Shown: piece after piece, positions 47,600-61,731 of the stretch
Numbering within the stretch: the first letter of the stretch is position 1
Layout: each line of letters opens with the position of its first letter
NCBI GenBank assembly: GCA_965655095.1
Contig: OZ296652.1
Span: 70,804,001-70,868,000 of the forward strand
Direction of reading: 5' to 3'
Length of the DNA: 64,000 bases
Origin: Haplodiscus bocki
Lineage: Eukaryota
Program-made: the position numbers and the translations under genes
Notes under the pieces: generated by a model
The model's database searches: none
Seen by the model: the letters and a program-made list of their open reading frames with translations, nothing else
Told to the model about the DNA's origin: nothing

Positions 47600-48900
47600 T
47601 GAATTGCAATCGATCTTATCGTTTTTTTCTCGTAGTCCAGTTTTGATGGTCAAGGTAACAGAAAACGCCTGAAATTCTGCTTTTAGGACACGTTGAAAGG
47701 GTTTTTTCTTAATTTCATCACTCAGTTCCTGTTATCTGAAGACTAATGAAAAGCTTTTTCTTTGTAGGTTGATTCAAGCATTTTTCGAGAATTTTTGATA
47801 GAAATAATTGTACTAACATTGATCCAATTGCTAATGATTTAGCTTCCAGTTTTTTTTCCATAACTTGCTCCCTTATACTAATTACATAATTTTTTTATTC
47901 AAAGACTAATCAAATTTTTAATAAGTGTACTTTTATATAAAAGGAGTACTTTCCTGAGCTTTTTTGTTTTCGAGAGATGATGGTCCAAACATTGTTACAA
48001 TTGTTCATGGCGTCGATTTTAAGTCAGTTTGCCAAGCGATTTTCTTCTCTCAAAGTAATCACTCAGTTCCTTTTATTTGAGGTATAATGGAGGGCCTACA
48101 TATGTGTACTGGAAAAATTGGAGTATTTTCCTAGTTTTTTTGTTTTCCAGATATGATGATCCGAACATTGCTACAACTGCGCATCGTGGCAGTTTGTCAA
48201 TTTTCTAAACGCGTTTCCCAAACCTCCCGCTGAATTCTTTTTTCCTTGCCTAATCGGCAGCATTTTATATGTGACTTACTTAATTCGACATTTTTTTGCA
48301 GATTTTGTTCGAATTTTGGTCAACGACGATCCAAACGTTGATTTGTAAACATTTTATGTTGTTTTTTCTTCCAAAATTGTACCCTTAAACTTCCTTTTCA
48401 ACATCTTTCATCCAATAAGCAATCTAAAGACCTTTCTATGTAGATTGATTCGAGTAGATCTTTTTTTTAGAGGTTTGGTTTCATTTTCAAGATGACGATG
48501 CAAGCACTGCGTCAAAGGAATCGAATTTCGATGTTTTGCCATTGTTCCAATTAGTTATTCTCTGCAACCAGGCATTGATCCTTTCAATCTAGGGCTAAGC
48601 GAGAGACTGCTCTATGTAGATTGACTTCAATGGAGAAACTTTGAACATTTTTTTCTCGGATTGATGCAACCATTTTCGAGAATTGATAGTCCGAACATTA
48701 CTTCAGAAAGATATGCTGCCGTGCTTAGTCTGGTTTGAAAATACTTTTTTGCCTCAACTATGAATTGAATTTCTGTCATTTAGGGCTTAACTGGGAGATT
48801 TTTCTGTTTGATGATGTAATTCGAACTGTTTTGCAGTGCAGTTATTGGTAAATTAAAATGCTACTATTATTCGCGCACATGATGCGGAAGTTGCTCAAGT
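47600..48900. repeat. Decayed tandem repeat, period ~170 bp
   Basis: GA(T/C)GaTCCaAACatTG-like landmark at 47979, 48155, 48325, 48494, 48685; tcactcagttcct at 47718 and 48059; tatgtagattga at ~48437 and ~48613. Confidence 0.65.
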
Positions 48901-50246
48901 TTCCAAATACGTTCTAATTCAATTTCTTTTATTCGAGGCTTTATCAGAAGCCTATAAGGCGTATCTTGCTTTCATAGATGCCAATTTTTCAGTAAACATC
49001 TTGTTTTTTGTAGTGCTGTTCAACGCATGTGGGTTTGTCAGTTTCAAGAAAAAGTTCATATCGATATCAAACCTTTGTTTTTGACAAGCCAACAGTTGTG
49101 TTGTACAAAGTTGCCTCGGTCCTTTGTGCAAGTGTTATTGTATCTAGCGACTGTTTGAGACATTGCTATCATACTTTGATTATTGATCGGGAGTGTCAAT
49201 ACAATTACATGAAAATAACGGTTGAAAGTGGCCAGTGGTCTAATTTCTTGAAACATGCTGAACAAATTTGGCTTGGTGTCTCCGAGGCAAGCTGATCTTT
49301 AGCCACATTTTTTTGCAATAATATACTATCACTTTCTGTCTGTAATGAATTGAGGACAAAAAACAATGAGATGATCACCTTTTTCTGATTTTTTTGATGT
49401 TTTTCCACTTGGGTAGGTGGTTTCGTTGTAGTATTCAAGTTTTAGATTGGAACATATTAAAAACCGCCCTCCTTATTTTCTTTATTGTTGCTTCTTTTTC
49501 TTCTGACTGCGCAAACGCGCCGTGATTGGCCTTTTGAGGGAAGTTGAGCGGTAGTGAAACACAGTTCTTATTTACTTTTTCAAATTGTTTTCATTTACTC
49601 CTTGGCTTCCTCAAGCTAGAGGGGACGCCACTCTTCGCTATTTTTTTTTCATTTTCGATTACTTATGCTAATTGATATTCCCTTATATTAACTTTTCTCA
49701 TTTTTGGCACATCTTTTTTCCGATTCCTTGATATGATGACCATTTATTGCATCGAAATTTTCTTGAGTCTCAAAGCATCGAAAATTTGCAATTTTTTCAC
49801 AGCATGGAAAATTTCCAAATTTTGAAGTGTTCCGAAATTTTTGACGCTTTGAATGTTAAACTTATGGGATTTTTGGCTGATTTTGCCTAACTCATTTTTT
49901 GTCGAATCGATAAGATTTTCCAATTTGTTTCAGCTGTTCTAAATTCTTCGCTCTTAATGCCTGGTGGCATCCTTGATGACTATGTTTTCTCATTCTGACT
50001 GGGTTTTGAAACTGGCTCACGCATAGTTTTTTTTCTTATCGAAACTTAAATTTTTAATGTCATTAGAATGTCTGTTTTCTCGTTCTGAAAAGTGCTTTTT
50101 TTTGAAAAGTTATTGGTCTAAAAACTGAACACCTTGTCTTAGAAGCCTCCGATTAACGTACTAAGATTTTGCATGAGAAAGTCTGGCTGATATTTGTTCG
50201 ATTTAGTATTTTAAGATGTGGAAATTCCTCAAACATTGGGCTGTGA

Positions 50247-50495
50247 AATGGCGTAACCTGAAGAGACATGATTGACTTTTCAAATGCTTGTGTATGAGAC
50301 ACTCTGGCAAGTACTTATCTCTTTGGCTTTTTCGAACAAACGCTTAATTGAAAGCTGGTGTAGTGTTTCTAAATGTATCGATCACGTTTCAGATCGTCGT
50401 TTTGAAGTGTCTCTCAGAATCTGGGATGTATCCTTTTTATCCGTGATCACAACTGACAAGTCAGAATGTGTTGCGAAGTTCCGGTTCGCCTCTGT
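50247..50495 (+). repeat. Dispersed direct repeat, partner at 46105-46447
   Basis: Same start and end motifs as the 46105 copy; this copy is shorter. Confidence 0.65.
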
Positions 50496-51843
50496 GTGAG
50501 AAATCTGGAGACAGTCACTGGAGTCATGCTATCAAATAATAAGATGACAATGAGGTTTTTTTTGTTTTGATGCTGTTGTTTTATATCGTTTTCAGTAGGG
50601 TCATAAAGAAAAACACTTTGACCATTGCAGTGCGTTATGTTTTTCAAGACTGCGAAATCGACGAAATTCGAGAACGAAATTTTATGTCATACCAGCAAAA
50701 AATTAGTCAAAGTAGAGCTTTTCTGGTATGCGCGTGGCCGAAAACAAAGAGGCATTGAAAAGACACCGATCGCAGAACTTTCAACAAGTTTAAAAACTGC
50801 TGTAGCAAAATATTGACTGCCCTCTTGTAGATAACCAAAGTTGTTGCTGACACGAAAACCGAAGTTTTACATGATACCTCTTTCTATGCCCAAAATTTCT
50901 CTCAAAACGTTTTGCGCTGATTAGATAATCTGATATAACTGGTCTGTTTGGCAGGCAATATAAATAAATTGACTATACGTTTGCGTTGCAAATTTCGTGT
51001 TTTCAACTCCAGGCAGTTATCATAAATCCTAGTCAATTGGAGTCCAGGCTACGCCGGGTGATGTTGAAAATGAAGACGAACAGCCTTTTTGATCACTATT
51101 TATACTGAGCTTTTCTTCATCCCCTTTGAAGTGCGTTTTTATGAGAACTGCTCCGCTGACTATTTTTCATTTCTTTTTACTCTGATTTTGTTTTTATTCA
51201 TATCTTAAACGAACCGTTTGGTTCTCGCTACTGTAACACAGAGGCAAAGCGGAGCTTAGCAAAGCTGGCAACACGATTTGAGCTACGATTAAGTCTTTCT
51301 CCAATCAATAGCAGTGTTCAAAATAATCTTTTCCGAAATGCCTAAATCTAATGAAAAACAACCTAAGTTTCGAAATGTAAGTTAGACATTTTCCACGTAA
51401 AGTATGAAAATGGAGATTCCCGGCTGGCAGTACATTTTCCGAGCTGCGAGTGTTTGAAGTAAAAACCGGACAAAAAAGCTTTCGAAAGCATCTTTCTGGT
51501 AAAAAAAAACAACTAAATTTCTTAGGTTCAACTCGAATATTTTCCAGATAATGTTTAAGAATAGAGATCCGTGGCTTTCAATACGTTTTCAAACCTCCGT
51601 GCGGTTGAATCAACACTTGGATATTTTGAATCTGGTCAGTAGTACTCAAGGAAATTACGTTGGAAACCATAATTCTGTAGAAAAATATGTTTCGAAATAT
51701 AAATATCGATATTTCCACTAAGTACGAAAGTGGAGATCCTAGATTTTCCGAATAGCAATTACTTGAAATTAAATTAGATGATTGCAATCCGATCTACAGT
51801 TAATGAAGAAATCGTGTCTATAAAAAGCTCAGGTAGATAAATT

Positions 51844-51891
51844 ACTATCCATTTCGGCGGTCCCATCACTATCCATTTCGGCGGTCCCATC
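51844..51891 (+). repeat. Perfect 24-bp tandem duplication
   Basis: actatccatttcggcggtcccatc twice. Confidence 0.95.
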
Positions 51892-53014
51892 TTTTATATT
51901 CTCAGCACTTTTCGTCTTATTATCTCTTAATATCTAGATTAACAAGGACGGAAAAAAAGAATTTTATTGGATTTCGACAGTTTCGACCATCCCTCTCCTC
52001 TCAAATTAAGTGAAGCAGCGAAGGAAGCAAATATTCAATGATTAAGACAAGTTGTTAACAGCCAGACCTAAAAACATCAATCCTAATATGCTGCCGTAGA
52101 GTGCTCAAAAAGCAAGAATTTCATTCAACTTGTTAGTTTTTCATGATTTGAAATACATGAACTGATCCACTGCAAGTTGGGCTATACTTTTAGAGCCGTC
52201 CTTTGTTGCTGGTCCTGAGTTGGTCTTTTTCGCCTTGAAAAAGGTTCTTTCAATTTGATTTTTCTCATTCATTTTTGGTATATTGCTCTAATAGTTTCCT
52301 TGATTTTCACCTTTTCATTTCCTTCGATTGTTGTGAACCTGTTGATTTCGATATTAGCTGTGATTTCGCATTTTTTTAAACAATTTTCATGTATCAATAG
52401 TGGTGTGCTCACTTTAATTTGCGGAAGTAGTGTTTCACGGAATCTTCGTGATGCCAAAATTAGCAAGATAATTGCAACAATAGAATTGAAGTGCGATTGA
52501 AAGTATCTTTGTATGGATCTTGCAGAGCTACAAATTATGATGTCACGTAATTCAATTCAATGGATGAAAAAGCGTGAAGGCTTTTCACTAGGGAAATCAC
52601 AATAATGTAGGCAGTTGTGATTTTTCATGACTGCCCCTCGAAAGGGGGTAAAAAAAAGACATGCCTGATCTCACTTTGCATTTCTTACGTCTATTTGTAG
52701 GAATGGAATGAACATTATCTCTATAGTCAAAAAACCTGCCGACCGATTACTGGTAGCCCAGTCAATGGTTGAAAACGTGAGTTGTTTTTTTCTAGAGACG
52801 AATTCGAAGTAAATTTTGATTTCTGCCGGACCTCTAAATTAGACTAAATAGTTAGTATGACCTTACCGCGCAATTTGTATTTTTGTTTAGGCTGCTTATA
52901 GCTGGGTTCTGGGGCATGATGCAGCCAGGTGTTAGCTCAGAAATTTCTAAGTGGCACCAATATTTCGATTTCATCCGAGATAACTGCCAAAAAACCTTGG
53001 TTGCGATGTTATTA

Positions 53015-53447
53015 CTGTAAAGTCCGGCGTATAAGACCTTTTCATAACCAAAATTAAGCTCCAAACTTGAGGGCAGAGTCTTATACGCCGAGGAAGAAAA
53101 TCTCAAGTCAATAGGTTATTCTAAATTAAATTAGATGGTGGCATATTATCTCAGATGAGGAAGATTTTGCTCGGCTTGATGATTAAGACCTTTATTTTTG
53201 AACTTTTTGTTGTTTTGTTGAAGGTATTTTATTATCTAGATAGTTTTTTGTTTTTTTGATAGTTTTATACGAAAAACGTTTTTCTTTCGGAACAACAAAT
53301 CCCAATTAATTTTCTTATTTTCAGGTATGCATTCCGGTATTTTATACGAGGGGTCTTATACGGCGAAGATATAATAAATCCTAGCTTTGCTTCAAAAGGT
53401 AAGGGGTGTCTTGTACACCGAGGGGTCTTATAAACCGGACTTTACGG
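53015..53447. mobile_element. Tc1/mariner-superfamily (pogo/Tigger-like) MITE
   Basis: TIRs CTGTAAAGTCCGGCGTATAAGACC and GGTCTTATAAACCGGACTTTACGG, TA on both flanks, internal GTCTTaTAC.cCGA subterminal repeats. Confidence 0.85.
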
Positions 53448-54599
53448 TAATGAAATGAAGTCAAACATTACAGGACATGTAATGCACGTTCAAGGCAACG
53501 CCAGTCAAATGAGGCGAATATAACATCCCATTACCCGTAGTTAGCTGTGATTTTTGAGATACATTTTTGGTCTCTGAACAATTTCTCACCTATTTGATTT
53601 CTCGTTTTTCAGAACTTTTCGCTTTTCGATTGAACGAGAAGATGCCTGTGTGCTTGCAAGTGGCATATTAGCTGCTAATGACGTTTTTAAATGTCTCCTC
53701 AGAGTATTTAGCTCGATTATGTTGCTTCAAAGTCAGCTTCTTGCAAATTCATTTGGCAGCGACAATCTGAGAGCTTTTCTTAACTTCACACTTTTTTACC
53801 GTTTTAATTTCCTCTCAAATTATTGTGGAATATCGTTTTTTTTGTAATCAGCATTCATTTTTGAGTGAGAACTCAACAAAAAGTTTTTCAGCCTTTTCAA
53901 ATTTTCGACTGGAATAAAGCTATTGTCATGAAGTGTACAACGTTGACAGGAAATGGTGGATTCAACTAATGCAACTTTCCAGCCCATGTCAATAATTGTC
54001 TTCCACACGCTTCGAAAAAGTTGAATTTAACTATTTTTAGCTATCGTATAGCAAGTATGATTGTCACGTTAGTAATTTAGTAATAGCATTTTCAAAGTTG
54101 AGCAAGCTTCTGGATTTCAAATTAGAAACATAGTGGCCTTGCCTTTTGTTTGGCGAATTTTATTTGGCCTGCAAATTTGGCACAAAATTTCCGTAAATAT
54201 TGGAGTGGATCTTGAAGAGTTGGTAGAACGATTGGGACGCTTTAAAAGAACCGTATATTGCGTTGCAGTCTCTGAGAAGAGGTCTTTATTGGTATCTAAA
54301 ACGTCTACTTTCATTTTTCATAACACATTCATGAAATGGGAAGCCTTCACCAGCCTCATTACACTTGCACAAGGAAGTGTTATATCTCAGGCTTCTGATT
54401 CGTTTTTCCGATCTGTTCATAACTTACATTTGTGCCCACGGTTGATGTTGCCCAGTTTTTGTTCATGCGCTCTCGTATTCTTGTAAAAATTTGTTCATGC
54501 ACTCTTGCGAAGTTGCTAAAATTTATTCACGTGGCCTATTTTCCAGCGTACGCGCTTGTTTTAAAAATAAAACGAATTAATTGCTCTGGGCGTTACACT

Positions 54600-57500
54600 T
54601 TTATTGTTGTTGTTCTTGAGGTTTTTCGACAGCGTCGAAGGGATTCTCTCCCATTACTGAAATCAGAACTCCTTCCTCGTATTTCTGGAGTTACCATAAT
54701 CACAGAAGATTATCCAGCTGCAGACATCATTTTCACAAAATCCAGAGTTCACGAATTTCCACATAATTGCCACAATTCTTTCCTTGAGGCCAGTTGTCAC
54801 CGAGAAATCCATAAATTTGTGTAGATTGTTGATCAATCGACAGATTCTCAGAGTAAATTCGCCTCTTGCTCTTTCAGTTCTCCTAGTAGGAAGTTTGAAA
54901 ATTTCAGTACGTCTACCCAAATTTCCTTTTTTCTGAAGTTTGAGTTGGTTTGACTCATTTGACAATTTGACAAGTAACAATATGTCGTTCTATTGCAGGA
55001 AGACAGTCAAATGAAGCAGATTGAGCAAGCGGAGTTGACTTTTATAACCTGAGACTTTGGAGCCAGTTATCCATTACACCTTGTAGAAAAAACTTGGAGT
55101 CATCAGCTCTGAAGTTTACTTCAAAACATTTGTCCATTGCCAGAGTCGTTTTGTTATCCTTTACCCAGTTGTCAACTGCATCTAGATCAGCCTGTACTTT
55201 CAGCCAGTTATTCTTTTTAGACAAAATTTCTAAATCATCTGCAAACATATGTGGGTCACTGAATTTCCAAGCAGCCAGCAGATGGTTTATGAAAATGCAA
55301 AACATAAGTGGTCCCACCACAGACCCTTGAGGTAGGCCGCATTTAACATCCAGAAGTTGCGAGCTTGTATTATCCACACAAACAAATTTCATACGTTGAT
55401 CAAGGTAATCAGATATCACCTCAAGAATGCTGCCCCCACCGCCGATTTGACTGAGTTTTTTCAAAAGTTCCAAACGCTGTACGTTGTCTGAAGCCTTTGA
55501 AAAATCAGTGTAGAAGGCGATGATTTTTATTGATGACTCTTTGTCCAAAGCATCGCGAATTGGTCGCAAAGCAAATTGGTTGCAACTGACTTTTTCCACG
55601 AAACCATGCTGACGCTTTGTTGGGAATTTGGCACAATCGTCATATAGGGACTGGTAATTGCATTTCTCGAAGATTTGGCCGACAATGTTTAAAGGCGTTT
55701 CCGGTCGGTAATTTTCTACTTGCCGTCTGTCTCCTTTCTTAAAAATAGGGGAAACAGCTGCAATTTTCCAAGCGACCGGCATTTTTCGCAGACGCTTTAT
55801 GGTTATGGAAACTTTGTGGAGGATTTCTGCCATAGCAGCAGAAGTCTTTAGGAAAAAATTGGTGGAAGTCCGTCTGGTCCTCGGGCTTTTTTAATATCTA
55901 GGATAGCCAAAATCTCGCGGAGTATCCTTTTCGAGATACTGAATTTCGTTAAAAGTGGCTTTTTTGATCCAATGTCTTTGATGTTACAAGTTTCTTTTGG
56001 TGTGAAAACTGAATTGAAATAGTGATTCAACAAGTTGACTTTTTCGACTGTGTTTCTGCGGGGAACTTTGTCGTTGATGAGAACTTGTGGCAAATCACAT
56101 GCTTGTTGAGGCTTTTGAGATGTTTGAAAATCAAATGTGTGTTTTTTTGTTCCAAGAGTTTTTGTTGTTAAGCTAGACGATCACCTTCCGCGCATTCTGT
56201 CACACTTGACCTCAGATTTTCCCATCTCGCTTCCTCTATGAGCTTGGTTTCTTAAGTAACAGTCGCTCTTTCGTCTCAATTCTTTTTAAAAGTTAACAAG
56301 TACTTGATGAAATCCACGGAGGATGATTTTTTCGGTGTTGGGTTGCCCTAGGCACACAAATTACTATCGACTCTTCGAAATGATTGAACATTTCTTCTTT
56401 CATTCGGTTGATGTTTGAGTAGCAAGTTGCCTCAAAAGGTTTGATTATCATAATCTCATTTACTTGGGTATAGTCTGCATTGCCAAAGCTTCGGAAGATC
56501 TCGATAATTGGTTTTGCATCAACGTTCGGACACTCTACCAAAAGTGAAACTGCACCGTGGTCTGAGCAGTCGTATAGCTTGGTCACCTGTTTGTTCGGTT
56601 CAGCATTGACTAAACGATTGCGTTGGAGAGCGATGTCGAGTAGGCTGTCTCCGCGAGGTTTAAAATCTACAGCTTGTTCCAAAGGATTTTCTTCGAAAAG
56701 GTCAACAATTTCCTGCTCGAACTCGTCGCTACTCACAAGAGTTTCCCAGTTAGATTTGGGGAAGTTAACATCACTGCATATGAGGAGTTGCTTGGTTTTG
56801 GGAAAGCCGTTTATAATAGCTTCAAAGTCTTCTTTCGTGTATCTATACTTACTGCCCTCAGGAGGATTGTAAAAAACGCAAATTTTAGTTTCACTTTCAG
56901 CTAACTATATATTGCAGGCTATACAGCAGTCAGGGAGAGCGGTATCCAATTTTTGAGAGTCTAAAGTTTTTCACAGCAATCAGCGAACAGCCATGTGGAC
57001 TGATATCGGTTTCAAGAGGCCTGTCTGCCCTGTAAATTTGGTAATCTCCCTGCTTTAATTAAGAGTTTTGAAATTCTTTGGTCAGCCAGGTTTCGTAAAT
57101 ACACAAAACATGAAAAGAGTCGTTCAAGACAGCATTCGCCAGTTTGAACCGGCGTTCACTGTTAAATAAAGTTTTTGCGTTAAATAAGAAAAGATTCAGG
57201 AAAGCTAGACATTTTCCTTTCTGAGCATCAGGTTCAGAATTAATATCCACTTTGACTCCATCGTTGAACGGTTGGGAATTTCTGATTTTCAAATTTTCTC
57301 CGGCAACTCCCTGATTGAGTAGATCACGTCGATTTTTCAATATCAAATTTTCTTTGATGGCATCGTCTTTCGATAACGCTGGAAGGAGATATATGCCCAT
57401 TTCAGACAAGGCTTCCCGTTGTTCCTTTGCCTTTGCCAATACCAAACGCGCTTCGTGCTCACTTGATAATGTTATAAACAAGCTCCGCGGTTTCTTTTTT

Positions 57501-58080
57501 TTCGTCAAACTTGCCGAGTCTCTTCAATTCAACAAAGTTCGGTTTCTCACCAATGAGATTCAACATTTCATTCACTTTTGTTGTTGGTAGTAAGTTCTCA
57601 GCTTTTGTTTTCTTCGGGTCCTCGGCGACCCCTTGCATTCTGAAACTCTGACTGATATTGTGATCAAATTTTGATCCATCGTTTTGATGTTTCACTGGCT
57701 GCACTTTACCACTACCTTTTTCGGTTTTTGCATCCAAAACAGATGAGTATGTTTTCTCAACTTTGTCTTGCTTCATTTGCAGTGCTTCAACTACTTTCTT
57801 GTCAACAAGCTGTCAATTATGCTTCGACCGTTTGCAATTTCTCTACGATTTTCAGTCTCTCCACTTTCGCTACAGTTCTGCTTCGAATGAAACTATCACG
57901 CTCATTGTTATCGAGACAGGTATTGCACAGCAGCATTACATTACTTCCTAACTCACGAATGCCGTTTAAAGCGACATTCGAGAGGGCAGTACATTGCGGG
58001 GTTAGGTGAAGGTGACAGTTGCACAAGACGCATTCATATGACTTTTCGTAACCTTTTATCTTGTTTCTGCAAGTTCGAGT
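54600..58080 (-). mobile_element. CR1/L2-group LINE family B copy 2, near full length, inside DENND6 intron 7
   Basis: ORF1 with PHD-like CNCHLHLTPQC...LLCNTC and PRSLFITL; EN (ETWL, YNPP, CSDH); RT ARGPDGLP, WKIAAVSPIFKKGD..ENYRP, TDFSKASD, GLPQGSVVGP, FADD; internal deletion near 55075; (CAA)n tail. Confidence 0.92.
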
Positions 58081-60030
58081 GATTTTTACTTTTCACGTTT
58101 TATATCCAACTAAAGGGGAGAAAGAAAAACCACTGGGTTTTGATTTATCCGGTGGCACTTGAGGGTACCCTTGGAAAACCAAAGCACAAATGGGAGGAGA
58201 GGTAAGTATTAACTCACCGATGGTACATGAGGGTACCTTTGGAGAATTAACAGTAATTGGATTGATTTCTCCGGGGACTTGGACACCGACAGCTGTTATA
58301 TTCACAATTAAACACCTTTGAAATTCCCGCGTTTAGTTCCTTGTTGTATTTCGAGTAAAGAATTTTTCTTTGATCATTAGATTCTTGAAGTCGTTTAATC
58401 CGTCGTTGTTCAAGTGAATTTTATCCGCTTTGAAGTAGCGTCGACCAGATGTGAAACTACTAGCACTGCGATATTTCCACTTGTGTTATACGTCGTTTTC
58501 GGGGGGGTGTTTCTTTCAGCTTCAGCTTTGAGAGTAGTGTTAGCTTGACTTGCTCTGATGTGGTTTTCGTCCCGCTCAAGTATTCTAAGCGCGAAAACTT
58601 TACTTTCAGTTCTCTGGCAAACGAAATCTGCAAGTTCAATCAAGTCTTGGGGAACTTTTTGGGGAGAATTCCGGGAAGGTGCGAATCCGTCGAAAAGATG
58701 GTTCCCTCCAAGGAATAATATTATAACTTTATACTCTTTTTTGGGGAATGAAGTTGTACGCGTGACGTATTCAGGCTCCAGGGAGTGACAGGATATTGAG
58801 ATTACCAGCTTCTAAATATCTTGCTGGAGAATCAGCTAAAAGGAAGCAGTTCGTCGACGAAAATTTGAAGATGTGATACCTCGAATATCCAGACATACAA
58901 CAGTCGTTCTTTTATCTAAAATCCTCCCATTGGAGGCCTTCCACACAAGAAACGATTCATAAGAACCTATTTAATAAGTTTATCACAACAATTAGGTATA
59001 TAAGTCTATAGGAATTAATTGAGTTTATTAAATTTCTGTTTGTTTAATCAGTATTTTTCGTAGTTCCGTGGCCTCGTAAAAAACAGTTATCCTTGTTCGA
59101 TTTGTTCGCTAGTATTTCGTTGGCCTAAGTGTTGCGACGCCCAGCTTCGCCTAATGTAAATTATAGGCAAAATTTTCTTGAGTGAAAGAGGTACCTTCTG
59201 GTTATTCGAAGGGCTTTATTCCGTTTGTAATTGAATGTCTGATAGCATCTGGCTTGAGACTTGCAATAGCGAGTGAATTGAGAACTGATTTATCGTACGG
59301 TTGGGTGACTTCTTGTCAAGGTTTTCCAAATTTACAGGTGCTCTTGCCTTTGTAGTACTGATTGCTTCATTGCCTCGATTTTGTCGGGCCAAACTGGTGT
59401 GTCTGATATATTTTTGACGTTACTGTTTTGCCTATTTTGTCTTCCGTTTTCTGGATAGAATAATTCTTCGAATGCAAAGCTTCAAGATGTAGCCTTTTTC
59501 CTGAATGATAAATTGTGAACTAATTTAATATCAGTTTCTGTCTGATCTGTGCTTCTCTTCTTGAATGCCGGTAATGGTAGATGCCAAATAATATAGCTTG
59601 TGAGCAGAGTGAGGCAGGTGGTTGATTGGGGATAACTTGACGTAAATTGTTAGTTAAGTATAAATAACTCAACTTGGGAAATAATCCTCCGATATCCAGT
59701 TTTGGCACTCGCAGTTAACATAGTTCCAATTAACCAGAAACATTACTTGTTGCAAACCTGAACTGATGCCAACTTTATTTACCGAATTTACCGATCGCTT
59801 TCGTTTTTTTCAATCAACATTGCTAACTTCAGCGGAATTAATTGCAATGGTTTCTCTAACGTGTAGTACAAAAGTGTCATTCTTATGAATTTTAGTGACC
59901 ATTTTATCTTGCAAAAACTATTGACCAGCAGAAACTATTGATATAAATACTGACTTGAACATGAGAAATTGGTTCGAAAAATAGTGTTTTTCGACTAATA
60001 AAACGTTTCTTACTCAAACACTGATTTTAG

Positions 60031-60365
60031 CATCATATATCCATTCAAATGGGGCTCAGACTACCGACCATATTTCACTATTCATGACTCCGAATTCAAA
60101 GAATTCACATTGTCTGCAATGGGAGGCAACAGGAAAGACGGAGCGAGCGGGTCCCTTGACACAAGAGCAACTTCTGCACGTCCCACTTCCGAGTACCCTC
60201 ATAATCCTCCGAGAATTATTCTGGGAGTTACCAACCCTTTCTTTGCTAAGACGCTTAGTCATTGGCCAAATTTAATCAGAATTGGCGATGTATCCGAGGC
60301 ACCGTCGGCTGCAGCTTCTACCGCCAACCAATTAGAAGAGGGGCGCAATCACAAGCGCATAAAGC
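60031..60365 (+). CDS. DENND6: DENND6 exon 8
   Basis: ttttag|[26 protein letters not shown]...[27 protein letters not shown]...|gtaagt. Confidence 0.93.
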
Positions 60366-60992
60366 GTAAGTTTGTCTGTTGAAATTTGTTTCCATTAAAA
60401 AAAGGTGCTGAGAATGCCTTGTCATCGCAGGCCAAAAAAGTTGTCCCACGGTGGCGAAAATTTTTAGGGAGTTCTATTGGACTTGTCCCTTCAGTCGGCG
60501 TTTTTTACACTAAAGGTACCCAATTATTACATTGGCTTTTCATTGCGTAAAACTGCCAACTGCTCAGACGCCAAAATTTATCAATTTCAGGGCCAAAATC
60601 AGTAATAAGGAGATGAGTTTACTATGTGTGAGAAAGCTTGAACTTCGTTCCCATTTTTTTGTGTGACCCAGCTCCTAAAGAAAGTTAGCAGAATAAATGT
60701 TTACGAATGTTCATGTTACGGCAACTCCAGGCAGTCCATTACGTACCTAAGAACCCCATTTCTAGCTCGCAGTATTATGGATATTTTTGTGACAAAAAAT
60801 TACAATTATCTCCCTTTGCATATTTCTGCTTTAGGGATGGTGCCGACTTGAATCATGTCAAAAAATTAGGCGTCGAAGTTTTTCATCTATTCAAACAAAC
60901 CAAGTCTTGGAAGAGAAACAACAGAGGAGTAAAGGTCTGGCAATTTCCAAAGCAGCGAATATAAATGAATGTAAACAAATGAAATGTTTCAG

Positions 60993-61052
60993 ATTCCTCG
61001 AAAGTTATGAAAAGCAGCAAGGGATCCGTGAGAATCTTAGATTGCAAACCAG
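60993..61052 (+). CDS. DENND6: DENND6 exon 9
   Basis: tttcag|SSKVMKSSKGSVRILDCKP(G)|gttttt; weak donor but phases fit. Confidence 0.8.
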
Positions 61053-61118
61053 GTTTTTTTGTTAATCTGTAATCGATTTTTTTGTGAATATACAAGTTCG
61101 TCAAAAAGACTTTTTCAG

Positions 61119-61273
61119 GTGTTTATACAAATCATAAACTGTTCTTGGAGAAAGACCGAACAATGGTGAAAAAACTATTGCGTGGTAGAGAGCATCGGAA
61201 GCCCCCGGAAGTTTTATCTTCGTGGATGCGAAAATTTTTCAGGGAGTTAACAGAAAGCTTTTCCATACCTTTA
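61119..61273 (+). CDS. DENND6: DENND6 exon 10
   Basis: tttcag|GVYTNHKLFLEKD...MRKFFRELTESFSIPL|gtaagt. Confidence 0.92.
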
Positions 61274-61500
61274 GTAAGTATGGCCACGCCTACAAGCCTG
61301 CTCTTTTGATTTTCGTAAACATTAATCGCACGTAAAGCAAAGAGAATTAAAATTTCCGATTAGAGTAGTTTCTGGTGGAAGTGTGACAATTTCAGACTTC
61401 GTCAGAGCTTTAATGATGTTAAATAGTTTTGAATAGTTTACGATTAAGTTCAACAAGTAGAATGGAATAACATTAAAAGCACGTTCCCTTTTTGTTTCAG

Positions 61501-61664
61501 GAGCATTATCTATCAACGTTAATGCCTCTTGCGAAAACAGTTTCGCCATGGAAGGAACCTCCACAGTTAAAACCATTTGTTCCTTCTGATTTTCTCAAAC
61601 ATATCGAGAAGGCTGGACCTCAACTCACATCAGGACTAAAAGGGGACTGGGTAGGGCTATACAG
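61501..61664 (+). CDS. DENND6: DENND6 exon 11
   Basis: tttcag|[26 protein letters not shown]...[16 protein letters not shown](R)|gttgat. Confidence 0.93.
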
Positions 61665-61731
61665 GTTGATATATTTTGGTAATTTGAATTTTTTTTGCAA
61701 TCAGTTGTTTGAAATGTTTCGCAATTTTTAG

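Noticed and set aside
51844-51891. Short direct repeats (also 63463-63538) as a possible CRISPR-like array
   Set aside because: Only two abutting units with no spacers, in a eukaryotic intron.
58090-58930. Coding-like minus-strand fragments upstream of LINE copy 2 (similar unresolved DNA at 17450-18870)
   Set aside because: No motif identified; may be LINE 5' region or another decayed element, left unannotated.
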